A stretch of 64,000 nt of DNA, from the NCBI GenBank assembly GCA_958296135.2, contig CATQHZ020000001.1, positions 1,792,001 through 1,856,000 on the forward strand, in the 5' to 3' direction. The notes beneath the pieces were generated by a model. It did not search any database, was not told where the DNA came from, and saw only the letters and a list, made by a program, of their open reading frames with translations. The DNA is from an uncultured Poribacteria bacterium (GTDB taxonomy: Bacteria; Poribacteria; WGA-4E; WGA-3G). This document shows, piece after piece, positions 1 to 8,896 of the stretch (position 1 is its first letter; each line of letters begins with the position of its first letter). The translations under genes were made by a program, and so were the position numbers.

Positions 1-1060
1 TGGCATCCAAAACTGGTTGATGTAGTTTCCCGTTTGTTGCGACGATGCCGCGATTGTCAACCATCCGTCTGCCGGTAAGGAAATTCAGCGGTGCGCCGTT
101 TGCATCTGTCACCGTGCCGCCTGCCTCCTCAACGATGATGAGCCCGGCGGCGTGGTCCCAGATGCATTCGCGGTAATCCGGCGATGCTGGATTCGGGAGG
201 CGTAGGTAGACAGACGCTTCGCCACGCGCAACGATACCGTATTTCGCTTGACTGTCCATTTGCACCGGCGGCGCGGTGAGGCCGAGCCGAGTCGCGATCT
301 TCGCATGTGCATCGCTGTCGCCGTGTGAGGATTCAAAACTCTCTGCCAAACGGGGTGCCTCTGTTGAAACGCGCGCCTCTCCTAAAAAGGTGCCGGTAAG
401 CGAATACATTTCCGTTCCTTCACCACGGACAGCGACAAAAAGACATCCTTTTGTTGTTCGCGAGGCGGTGTTTGGCTGCGTTTTTGGATGGCCGGTTGAC
501 TTATTTTGGAAGGCCGGTGCAACACGAGGGACAGGCTCTTGCGCTACAGTTATTGGCTCGTCCAATCGATGCGGCAGATTTGGGCACGCGAGCACACCAA
601 GCGTTACTTCGCCGTCGACAATCCGCGCCAACGCAATCGCATACTGATCTCGGCGGAGGAAGCCTTTGGTGCCATCAATCGGGTCGAGCGTCCAAAAGGT
701 GTTCCCAACCGAACCGGTGCCTCTGTCAATCCATTCACAGACGTTTTCAGCCGAAGCGGCTGCGTCAAAATGGTTAACGTAAGCGGCGACACGTTTCAAA
801 AGCGGCGGGTTTGACTTGAGCGATGCCGCATCCTCTTCCGCCACGATAACGGATGCCGGGAACGCATCGCCGATAGCCTTGCATATTAGTGCTTGCGAAC
901 CGAAGTCTGCCACGGTGACAGGACTTCGATCGGTTTTTTGGATGGCATCTGTCGGCACCAAATCGGCTTGAACGTTTTGACACAACCTTGCCGCTTTTAG
1001 GACTGCGGCCATCGCAATTTTTTTGTTGTTCCTAGCAGTGGTTTGACATTGTCTTGGCAT
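1..1060 (-). CDS. 3'(2'),5'-bisphosphate nucleotidase, HAL2/inositol-monophosphatase family (3' end runs off the window)
   Basis: Not in the ORF track because the stop lies outside the window. Manual translation from ATG 1060 (RBS AGGAG upstream): [70 protein letters not shown], all HAL2/CysQ motifs. ATG 1012 is an alternative start. Confidence 0.9.
   Translation of the reverse strand, partial: MPRQCQTTARNNKKIAMAAVLKAARLCQNVQADLVPTDAIQKTDRSPVTVADFGSQALICKAIGDAFPASVIVAEEDAASLKSNPPLLKRVAAYVNHFDAAASAENVCEWIDRGTGSVGNTFWTLDPIDGTKGFLRRDQYAIALARIVDGEVTLGVLACPNLPHRLDEPITVAQEPVPRVAPAFQNKSTGHPKTQPNTASRTTKGCLFVAVRGEGTEMYSLTGTFLGEARVSTEAPRLAESFESSHGDSDAHAKIATRLGLTAPPVQMDSQAKYGIVARGEASVYLRLPNPASPDYRECIWDHAAGLIIVEEAGGTVTDANGAPLNFLTGRRMVDNRGIVATNGKLHQPVLDA
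449..504 (-). repeat. ~85-nt element, 3' part, in frame inside the HAL2 gene
   Basis: Minus strand ATAAGTCAAC..GCAGCCAAACACCGCCTCGCGAACAACAAAAGGATG. Confidence 0.75.
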
Positions 1061-1104
1061 TGTGTCTCCTCTTAGTAGGCCGTTTTGACGTTATCAAGTT
1101 TTGC
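1018..1104 (-). repeat. ~85-nt element spanning the HAL2 start
   Basis: Minus strand CTTGATAACGTCAAAACGGCCTACT..GTCAAACCACTGCTAGGAACAACAAAAAAA. Confidence 0.85.
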
Positions 1105-1204
1105 AGCTCCGAGCCAAATGTCTATAACGGTTGCAGTCCTACCGCGAAGCACGGCGAGGGACAGGTTTCCCGCGCCCTACGGAACTGGTGGCCGAGTGTT
1201 ATTT

Positions 1205-1233
1205 ACGATACCTGATTTCGCGAAGTTTGTCAA
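1205..1233 (-). promoter_or_regulatory. sigma70-type promoter for the nucleotidase gene
   Basis: Minus strand TTGACA-17 nt-TATCGT. Confidence 0.5.
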
Positions 1234-1236
1234 GTA

Positions 1237-1305
1237 TTTTTTTGTCATTCGCGAGGCGTTGTTCAGCTTCGTCGGGGTTGACAATGATGACTTTGCAGGG
1301 CTTGC
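1237..1305 (-). repeat. ~85-nt element, diverged copy
   Basis: Minus strand GTCAACCCCGACGAAGCTGAACAACGCCTCGCGAATGACAAAAAAA. Confidence 0.7.
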
Positions 1306-1351
1306 GCGGCGCGGGAAACCCTTGGCGATTCGCGCTCGCCGGCCCCTTGCC

Positions 1352-4300
1352 CTACGGACCAAGGGGCGATACGACAGACAACGCCTCGATTTCGGCGACA
1401 ATCCGAAGCGTTTCTGCCACCGAGACCAGGATGTGTTGATATTCCCGAATCTCCGTATGACTTAAGGCCGTGCCGCGCCGCTCCTTCAGCCACTTTTCAC
1501 AGACCTGATACGCACCGATTTCAAATTCCCAGACATCCACCGACACCTTGGCGAAGTGTTGCGTCTGATTCACCCAAATCTTGCCATCGCGGTAGCCATA
1601 CTTCGCGACAACCGCATCGCCTTCTCCCTCAAAACGGTATTGGGGTGTCATCGCGATTAGGAGGGTGCTCCTACCGAGATGCAGTTCAATCAAGGCACAC
1701 CCGAGCTCTGCCAATTTTCGGAATAAAGGGACATCGTCTATCAACGGAATGCGCGGGAAGTCGTATTTCAGAAAAGCGTAATAACGTTCGCGATAGGCGG
1801 GGCTATGCAAAATGGCATAGAGATAACCGAGGATGTCCTCTGCGGAAATTCCCGCCGGAAGTTCAAACGGCTCCGTCTGCAAAAGTCCCAGTTTCTCGGA
1901 AAGTGCCTTGAGAAAAGTTGGTTTGAGATTTACGGAACGTTCCGTTGATAACTCCAACTCCGCTGGATTTGGATAGAGATACAGCGGGAAGACGTGTCCC
2001 GATTCGCTCGCCCTATTTGAGATATGGCAATTTTCAGTCAGACAGTCGGTTACCAAGACATGCTGCCAAGCCGGGCTCGTGACAATGCGCGTGGTAGAAA
2101 GCGCGATATTGTCACCGGCGCGTAGGTGGCGCATCACCGCTCGGCGCGGACTCGAATGGAAGCCGCGGGACTTTCCTGTGTAGTAGGTCCAACGGACATC
2201 AAACGGACGGTAGCGCATACGGGTGACATGCTGTTCTACATCGGGATGGGCGCGGACATCAGCTTGGGCAGCAGCAACTGCCCAGTCACTTGTATCACGC
2301 GACAATCGGTACCTCTCCCTTACTTCGGTGTCAGAAAGGTTCACAAAATCGTTTACCGTGGCTCGGAGTTCCGCCTCAGTGCGATGGAGCGTCACTTTAT
2401 CACGGCCCGTGCAAATCCCCGTTGACTTCACTTGGAAGATATCGGGGAGTGCCCATCCTTGTTCATATTCCTCGCGGCGTTCTGTCTCTTGCGGTACGAA
2501 AAGGTAGAGCGGTGCCGTCGGCTGGAGTTCGCGCCATGCAGTCGTTTGGACATCCCTCTCCGCGAGCATTTGATATTTCTCTTCACGGGTACCCCATAGG
2601 TCTGCGTAATGGAGAGTAGCCGGGGCGGCGTTATCGGTTTCCTTGACACACAACAGAATAGTAATACCCTGCTGGATGTTAAACACACTTTCGTCTTTTT
2701 TCCCGACAGGAACCGCCTCTGCTTTTCGGGTGCTTCCGTGCAAGTTAAGCAAGTAAATTTCACTAAAACTGTTGAGCAAACTCTGCCGCATGCCACGGAA
2801 AATGGTGCCTTCCAGGAAACTGTTGTTGACGATATAGCCGATAACACCCTGGCCGCTCTTGTCAATCCGCCATTGTGCCCACCGAATGAACTTGACATAA
2901 TCCGCCTGAAGGGGTTGGAAATTTTCGCGTCCCATCGGCTTTCCATCTACCCGTTTGTAGTCCTCGATGAGTCTCCCGATGAAGGTGAGTTTGCCTCGCT
3001 CATCGCGGCTCGGCGTGGCAGAATTGCGAGGATAGGGAGGGTTCCCGATGACAGCCAGAATCGGGGCATCCCGTTTCACGGAAACTGCGGCGTTCGCCTC
3101 ATCGGAGATGAAGCCAGCAAATGCGAACCGCTCCTTTTCTTCGGGCTCCGCCAGCGTGTTGGTGAGGTAGATGCTGAGGCGTTCGCCATCTCGCTGTGTC
3201 CAGCCATTCGCCTGCAGAAAGAGACTCAGTTTGAAATGCGCAATAGTGTAGGGGGCCACCAAGATTTCAAACCCAGCAAGCCGTTGGACGAGGCTATCTT
3301 GAACATACTGCTGCCAGACACCGCCGCCATACGTCTCGGTGACGTGTTGCCGGATGTGGTTGATAACCGCTAAGAGGAAGCCGCCGGTGCCAGTTGCTGC
3401 ATCTAAAATGAGCGCGTCGTCATCGGCGAGGCCGTCAGGTTTACGCAGTTTCGTTTTGAGCAGTACATCAACAGAACGGACAATATAGGCAATAGCTTGC
3501 GGCGGTGTGTAATAGACACCCCTATCCATGCGGCGTTGCGCATCATACTCCGCGAGAAAGAGCTCGTAGAAATGGACAACCGGGTCTTCGATGTGGGTGC
3601 GGACATCAAAGGCAGTATGGAGCATCTCTGTAGAGACATTTCGCATAAGGTTGGCGATGTCGTCCAAGAGCCACGTGAGGTTGTTATCCACATTCGGGGA
3701 CGCTACCTGATAAAAGAGATTCCTAAGAAAAGGGTTGGAACGTGGTAGCGCGTCATAAGCGGTGATGCGTGAGAAGTTTGTCGCATTCGGGAGCGTGCAT
3801 CGCGCGGCAAAAAGCCCATAGGCCAGCGTCTGTGCATACATATCGGCAAAGTCTTCGGCTGTCAACGTAGAGAGAAGCAGTTTCTGGAATGCAGTAAACA
3901 TCTGCAAGATATCGTTCTGCTCATCGTGTAGCGTCGTCGCGATTTGGGTTTGGAGTTCTCGTGTGCGGCGCGCGAGGTATCTAGCAAGCACCTCCGGCGT
4001 TGCAAGCGGCATCGGACGCGCACTCAGGAAGCGTTCCAGCAGGTTTTCTAACGCCGCCGCGTCAGAAGAAAAAGCCGTTGCGCGCAAAGTGCTATCGGTA
4101 TACAACCGAAATTCAACAAAATTGGTGAGGACGAAGTTGTCAAGGTTGTCAATAAACCGCTGATTCTGGGTTTTGGCGTGCCCTGTGAGCGCGGCCAAGT
4201 CGGTGCCGTATGCTTCAGCCTCAACATAGCCGATAGGAAACAGCCCCTCCTTTGCGGCGAAATCTGGCCGCCCGATAGCAAGCGCAGCGCGCGGCTCATG

Positions 4301-4453
4301 CGTGAAGGTAATGTGCGGATGTGATGCTGCCGTCGCTGCGTCAAGGAACGCCTTCAGTGGTGCATGCAGCGAGAGTTCCGCTGTTGCCATCGGGCTAGTT
4401 CTGGCCGCATCAATGTCCTGCACATAGTCGTTAAGCAGCGTTTGGAATGTCAT
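1352..4453 (-). CDS. Fused restriction-modification enzyme: N6-adenine methyltransferase with type ISP-like C-terminal specificity domain and no helicase
   Basis: GVYYTP, motif I DAATGTGGFL, motif IV GNPPY, YRPFD, YDFPRIP, IGAYQVCEKWLKER; N-terminal RPDF..GYVEAE. Probable start is MTFQ at 4453; the track extension to 4561 reads through a repeat. Confidence 0.85.
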   Translation of the reverse strand: MTFQTLLNDYVQDIDAARTSPMATAELSLHAPLKAFLDAATAASHPHITFTHEPRAALAIGRPDFAAKEGLFPIGYVEAEAYGTDLAALTGHAKTQNQRFIDNLDNFVLTNFVEFRLYTDSTLRATAFSSDAAALENLLERFLSARPMPLATPEVLARYLARRTRELQTQIATTLHDEQNDILQMFTAFQKLLLSTLTAEDFADMYAQTLAYGLFAARCTLPNATNFSRITAYDALPRSNPFLRNLFYQVASPNVDNNLTWLLDDIANLMRNVSTEMLHTAFDVRTHIEDPVVHFYELFLAEYDAQRRMDRGVYYTPPQAIAYIVRSVDVLLKTKLRKPDGLADDDALILDAATGTGGFLLAVINHIRQHVTETYGGGVWQQYVQDSLVQRLAGFEILVAPYTIAHFKLSLFLQANGWTQRDGERLSIYLTNTLAEPEEKERFAFAGFISDEANAAVSVKRDAPILAVIGNPPYPRNSATPSRDERGKLTFIGRLIEDYKRVDGKPMGRENFQPLQADYVKFIRWAQWRIDKSGQGVIGYIVNNSFLEGTIFRGMRQSLLNSFSEIYLLNLHGSTRKAEAVPVGKKDESVFNIQQGITILLCVKETDNAAPATLHYADLWGTREEKYQMLAERDVQTTAWRELQPTAPLYLFVPQETERREEYEQGWALPDIFQVKSTGICTGRDKVTLHRTEAELRATVNDFVNLSDTEVRERYRLSRDTSDWAVAAAQADVRAHPDVEQHVTRMRYRPFDVRWTYYTGKSRGFHSSPRRAVMRHLRAGDNIALSTTRIVTSPAWQHVLVTDCLTENCHISNRASESGHVFPLYLYPNPAELELSTERSVNLKPTFLKALSEKLGLLQTEPFELPAGISAEDILGYLYAILHSPAYRERYYAFLKYDFPRIPLIDDVPLFRKLAELGCALIELHLGRSTLLIAMTPQYRFEGEGDAVVAKYGYRDGKIWVNQTQHFAKVSVDVWEFEIGAYQVCEKWLKERRGTALSHTEIREYQHILVSVAETLRIVAEIEALSVVSPLGP

Positions 4454-4557
4454 TGTCCGAGTCCTGAAGAGATGCCCACTGCGTAGCGCGAGGGACAGGC
4501 CCGCGCGAACCCTCGACAACAAAAAACCGCCGCGAGGAGGGGGCCGAAACCCAAAAA

Positions 4558-5223
4558 TCAAAAAAGCGTTAACTGCGGCGGTTCATCTGTCTCGCGAACC
4601 TCGCGCGTCGATTGCAAACACGCACTGCAACGTCGCTGTGCCTCGGCGATGTCATCGATGAGGATGTGTCGCGTGGCAGTGAAAGTTTCTCCCTCTTGGC
4701 GGAGGACGTAGGCCGGGTTAAACGTCGCCATCGCGAACGGCGCGTATCGCGTATCCTTAAACCAGATACCGCGTTCCTCCGTAATGCGGAATTGCCGATG
4801 AATCAGCGTTTTTGCCGCGGGGCTGCCCATGCACAAAATCACGGAAGGTTGGATGAGGCTCAGTTCCACATCCAGCCATTTAGCACACGCCTTGATTTCT
4901 AATGCTTTCGGCGGCCGGTTTTTTAGCACGCCATCTCTGATGCCAGCCGCCCGACATTTGATGATGTTCGTCAGCCAGATATTCCCGCGCGTCAAACCGT
5001 TCGCAGCGAGCACTTCATCCAACAGTTCCCCGGCAGGCCCTGAAAACGGAAACGTCGTCTGATTATCGGCAGCGGAGGGGCCTTCAGCGACGATAGCTAA
5101 TTTCGCTTCGACATCTCCGCTGCCGAAGACGACGTTGGCGCGGGTTTCTGACAAACCGCAATCGGTGCAAACGCTTGCACGCGCTTTGATGCCCTGCATT
5201 TGTGTGTGAATTGTGCTCATCAT
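4558..5223 (-). CDS. Uracil-DNA glycosylase family 4-like Fe-S protein with altered motifs
   Basis: CTDCGL, VVFGSG, EGP, F-x-G-x-AG, TNIIKCR, NRPP..C. Confidence 0.85.
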   Translation of the reverse strand: MMSTIHTQMQGIKARASVCTDCGLSETRANVVFGSGDVEAKLAIVAEGPSAADNQTTFPFSGPAGELLDEVLAANGLTRGNIWLTNIIKCRAAGIRDGVLKNRPPKALEIKACAKWLDVELSLIQPSVILCMGSPAAKTLIHRQFRITEERGIWFKDTRYAPFAMATFNPAYVLRQEGETFTATRHILIDDIAEAQRRCSACLQSTREVRETDEPPQLTLF

Positions 5224-5230
5224 CTCACCG

Positions 5231-7981
5231 CTACAAAGAGGACACTCTGCTTATACCCGAGGTCTTCGCAAACTGGATGTGGGCATGGATGAGCGTCTTC
5301 GTCGGACCGAAGGTTACCTGACAGATAGGTTTGTCCCAGCGATAGTGATACTCACTCCCGTAAGCGGATACTCCTGTCGGCAAGTAATTCTCCGGAACGT
5401 GAATGAAGCAGGTGCCTTCCGTTTGTCTGAGAGGCTTGCACACGAGCAGGTAACTTTGGTTTTGCCTGTCCCATCCGGCGGATAGAATCTCAACGCTTCC
5501 CTGCGTCCAGTGCATATCTGTGGCAAGTAGTTGCGGCACGTTCTGTTCTTCCCGCAAACAGAGCAGTTTCACCGAGCGCGGCGGGATGTTCAGCAATGTG
5601 ACGTTTTCAGACACGGTGCCAAGGTATTGGCGCATCCAAAAATCGTGGACGAGGTAGTCCTTAGATTTCGGAAGCCCAAGCGCGTCTAATTCAAAGTCAA
5701 CATCGTCCTCGTGGTCTGCCCAATTAAACACTGCGGCCAGGTGCCACGTTTCAGCCACATCTCGCGGCGAACTGCAAGGTTTGACAACGTCAAGAAGGCC
5801 TGGCAGCGAGATGTCCCAGCTTCGGTTATCCACCCCGAACGCATCGCGACATACAGAGAGACTCCAAATTCGGGGGAACGGTTCGTCGTAGAGCCCTATG
5901 GGTTTCGCCGCCGCGCCGGTAAGAGGGAAGAGTTTCGCCAAGAGTTCTGCCCGGTACGGTTTCAGCGTCGCGAGGGAATCGGAACAAAAGACTGCCCCGC
6001 CGCTGATGGCAGCGGCTGTCATCTCAACGATTGCCTCGTTGACAGGACGCGGCTCGTCAACCGCGAGTTCGCCGAAAACGTGATTCCACAACGTATTATG
6101 CTCACTCTGGTGGATGGCGTATCGGCTCATTCGGTGCTTCGTGCCGTTTGGGTGATGCCAGGGGCGGCTTTCATTTGCAGCGTCAGCCCCAGCAACCTGT
6201 CCGGCAAGCGGTGAATTGAGCGCGAAACTACCGATGCAGGGAGCAGCAATCACATTGTATCCAGCGAGAAGCACCTCTGTGGTAGGACTCGCGTCGGCTA
6301 CGGCTTCTTTGAGCACCTGAACGGCTAACCGATAAAGTTGCACTGAGGTAAGCGTGTTATCATACCATGTCACATTGTGCGGCGAAGACAGCACCGTGGT
6401 ATACGCGGAAAAGTCTGCCTGAATGAGTTCACATCCCCATTCGGCAACTATCCGTTGGACCTGCAGGCGAACATGAGCTTGCGCATCGGGATGTGAAACG
6501 TCCAACAAGGCGACTTTGGCGTTTCCACTCCCCGGCAGCAGCACCGCCGTAGGCGCGTTTCGGGAGCGCGCATCCGAACCCCGATTAGGGCGATTGTGCT
6601 GCCTGCCAGCACCTCCCCTCTTGTTCCCTCCGGTCGGGCGAAAAAACCTTTTTCCATCAGGTTCCAGCACTTGTAAGCAGCAGTCAGGATATCTCTGTAG
6701 CAACTCCGAGTCCAGCGCGGCGCAAAACGGATTTATTCGGATAGCCGCTTTGAACCCTTTCGCGTGAATGTGATTCACAATTTTTTGCATGTACGCGGGG
6801 CGTTCGGCGTGCATCTCTGGTGCAGAGACGGTTGCCTTACTGTTACGCCGAAACGCTGTCATCTCTGCCGGTTTTCCTGCAGAGATGTCCACTGTGCCAT
6901 CCTTGACGTTGTCAATGACTACGCTTGCGCTGTCAGCATCGGAATCAGCATTCGTTTCCGTAGCATCAATCTGGATGTATTCGATGCCGCCGGGGCAGTG
7001 TGGATGAAAGAGCGGGCTTTCCGCTAGCCGGTCTGCCTGCTCCAAGATGACATTCGCATTCGGCGAAGTGTTTTCAGCACTCGCGTCCACCAAATCAAGA
7101 AGATGCCACGCTCCGACAACCTGCCGAGTCGTTTGCGCGCCGTTCTGCGCCGCCACCAACTCGGTATAGTCGCGATACGCTGCTGCAGCCCTGTCAGTGA
7201 AATTGAGATAGACAGCATCTGAAGTCACCTCTTCACCTGCCTGACACGGATGCTGTTCGCACCGGTGATAGAGGGACCAGCGGTTAATCCCCGGCGACTC
7301 TTTTCCTACCACTTGATGGCCGACTTGAACCTGCGGCCACCATTTTTCAGTTGTTAGAAAGCCGAATACGAGTGCTCTTTGACTGTCTGTATCGTGAAGG
7401 ATACCACTCTGACACGGATGACTCGCCTCGGTTTCGCTGAGCCGAAACCCGTCGTAGAGTTTGCGACACCCGCCGGGAAATGTGGGCGGCGTGTTCGTGA
7501 AAAGATGATACGCCGAAGGTTTCCCACCGAGTTGCACTGCGCCGCGATTAGTTGAGATGCCGAGCAGCGTGACGCTGTCTAGTTCAATAGGGACAGGTTC
7601 TAGGTTTTCAACACCTACCCTCAACACGATATAAGGCGCATCGGGAAAGCAGTTGAGATACGTGTTGAGCCGGATGCCCTTTTCGGTGGCTTCGTAAGAA
7701 AACCGGATCTGGCGCGCGTCTTGAACGGCAGACCGACCGCGGGGGACAAGTCCTCGCGCTACGGTAGGGAGCGGTTCCGTGAAAAATTCGCGAGTGCCAG
7801 CGTCCTCCGTTGACACCGTGCTTCCATCGTGGAGTGTTATTTGTGTGCAGCCGTTCTTGATAATTGTCTGGCCGGTTCCATCAATGTAATCCCATGTCCC
7901 TTTTGCGAGATTGAACTTAATCTGAAATTTTTCGTGGTTTATCACGGCGAGGTTCCCCTGCCGTGAGACAGCTATTTCCAT
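5231..7981 (-). CDS. Alpha-galactosidase-like (GH36/GH27 clan) protein with several repeat-derived insertions
   Basis: YIQID, HAKGFKAAI..PF, LDVSHPDAQ, WGCELIQADF, C-terminal AVFNW..VHDFW..IPPRSVKLL. Confidence 0.65.
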   Translation of the reverse strand: MEIAVSRQGNLAVINHEKFQIKFNLAKGTWDYIDGTGQTIIKNGCTQITLHDGSTVSTEDAGTREFFTEPLPTVARGLVPRGRSAVQDARQIRFSYEATEKGIRLNTYLNCFPDAPYIVLRVGVENLEPVPIELDSVTLLGISTNRGAVQLGGKPSAYHLFTNTPPTFPGGCRKLYDGFRLSETEASHPCQSGILHDTDSQRALVFGFLTTEKWWPQVQVGHQVVGKESPGINRWSLYHRCEQHPCQAGEEVTSDAVYLNFTDRAAAAYRDYTELVAAQNGAQTTRQVVGAWHLLDLVDASAENTSPNANVILEQADRLAESPLFHPHCPGGIEYIQIDATETNADSDADSASVVIDNVKDGTVDISAGKPAEMTAFRRNSKATVSAPEMHAERPAYMQKIVNHIHAKGFKAAIRINPFCAALDSELLQRYPDCCLQVLEPDGKRFFRPTGGNKRGGAGRQHNRPNRGSDARSRNAPTAVLLPGSGNAKVALLDVSHPDAQAHVRLQVQRIVAEWGCELIQADFSAYTTVLSSPHNVTWYDNTLTSVQLYRLAVQVLKEAVADASPTTEVLLAGYNVIAAPCIGSFALNSPLAGQVAGADAANESRPWHHPNGTKHRMSRYAIHQSEHNTLWNHVFGELAVDEPRPVNEAIVEMTAAAISGGAVFCSDSLATLKPYRAELLAKLFPLTGAAAKPIGLYDEPFPRIWSLSVCRDAFGVDNRSWDISLPGLLDVVKPCSSPRDVAETWHLAAVFNWADHEDDVDFELDALGLPKSKDYLVHDFWMRQYLGTVSENVTLLNIPPRSVKLLCLREEQNVPQLLATDMHWTQGSVEILSAGWDRQNQSYLLVCKPLRQTEGTCFIHVPENYLPTGVSAYGSEYHYRWDKPICQVTFGPTKTLIHAHIQFAKTSGISRVSSL
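5774..5803 (+). repeat. Element 5' palindrome, antisense within the GH36-like CDS
   Basis: GCAAGGTTTGACAACGTCAAGAAGGCCTGG, translated as PGLLDVVKPC. Confidence 0.75.
6896..6919 (-). repeat. Element 5' palindrome within the GH36-like CDS
   Basis: Minus strand GTCATTGACAACGTCAAGGATGGC, translated as VIDNVKDG. Confidence 0.6.
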
Positions 7982-8126
7982 ATTTTTGTTGTTCCTAGTG
8001 TAGCGCGGGGGATGTTACGCCGAAACGCTGTCCTCGCTGCAGCCGCGCTGCAGCGGTGCCCACTGTCCCCCACAAGCCCTATGGCGGCTCTACCCGACGC
8101 AGGCCGTCTTGACGTTGTCAAGCCTT
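7982..8126 (-). repeat. ~85-nt element split by a REP; abuts ATG 7981
   Basis: Minus strand GCTTGACAACGTCAAGACGGCCTGC ... CTAGGAACAACAAAAAT-ATG. Confidence 0.85.
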
Positions 8127-8167
8127 ACGTGCTTTTGCCGCTTTCGCGTTTTGCACTGTGCGCGATT

Positions 8168-8890
8168 TTAAACCGCCCAGCAATGAATGAGTGTCGTCGG
8201 TTCGTCCCCTGTGTGGTGCAGGGTGAAGGTATCCTTCGGACTGAGGAAAATCACGTCGTGTGAGCAGAGTATCCGATTTTCCGTTTCCGTTTGGACTTCC
8301 GCGCTTCCGTTCGTTAGCACATAAACCGCCTCGGTTTCTAGCGGTTCGTGCGTAAACTCCTCGCCTGTGCAAAGTTGGATCCAGTCAAGTGAAAGATGCA
8401 CAGAACCTTTTTGCGGCGAGACGACACTTCGCCATTCCGCGGATTTGCCGAATACGGGGCCGCTTCGGGCCATGTTAATTACCTGCACGTCACTCCGATG
8501 TCCTTGCTGCGGCGTGGGAATTTCATTCGGCGTATCCCGTTCACCGCGGTAGAGGGCCATGTCCGGCGGAGCCTGGAAACTGATCAGGCGCGCCATATTC
8601 TCGGTGGTGTTCACAGTGCCATGGATTTCCCCGGCAGGCACAAAAATGACATCGCCCGCGGTAATTGGCGTGTAGACATTGCCCTGGCGGATTGCACCGC
8701 TACCCTCTAAGACGACAATAGCGTCCTCGGAGGCATCGTGATAGTGCTGCGTAAACTCTTGGCCGGGCGCGTGAAATCCATGGTTAAGCGTTAACTGTGT
8801 AGAGCCCATGTCGGGATGCACAACTCGCCAGTTTTTGCCCTTGCCCATCTGAAAGGGTGTTCCGGATTGGAGATTCAGAATTTGCATCAT
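8168..8890 (-). CDS. Bicupin (two cupin domains) protein
   Basis: HYH..SE..VLEGSG..GDVIFVPAGEIH and a second degenerate cupin. Confidence 0.8.
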   Translation of the reverse strand: MMQILNLQSGTPFQMGKGKNWRVVHPDMGSTQLTLNHGFHAPGQEFTQHYHDASEDAIVVLEGSGAIRQGNVYTPITAGDVIFVPAGEIHGTVNTTENMARLISFQAPPDMALYRGERDTPNEIPTPQQGHRSDVQVINMARSGPVFGKSAEWRSVVSPQKGSVHLSLDWIQLCTGEEFTHEPLETEAVYVLTNGSAEVQTETENRILCSHDVIFLSPKDTFTLHHTGDEPTTLIHCWAV

Positions 8891-8896
8891 CTATTC

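Noticed and set aside
2609-3373. Long antisense ORFs (also 10010-10849, 24353-25195, 35177-35920 and many shorter ones)
   Set aside because: Shadow frames opposite well-supported genes, with no recognisable motifs.
4464-4550. Hammerhead-like CTGAAGA ... CGAAAC between the UDG and R-M genes
   Set aside because: Stems I-III cannot be paired convincingly, and the interval is largely an R1 REP.
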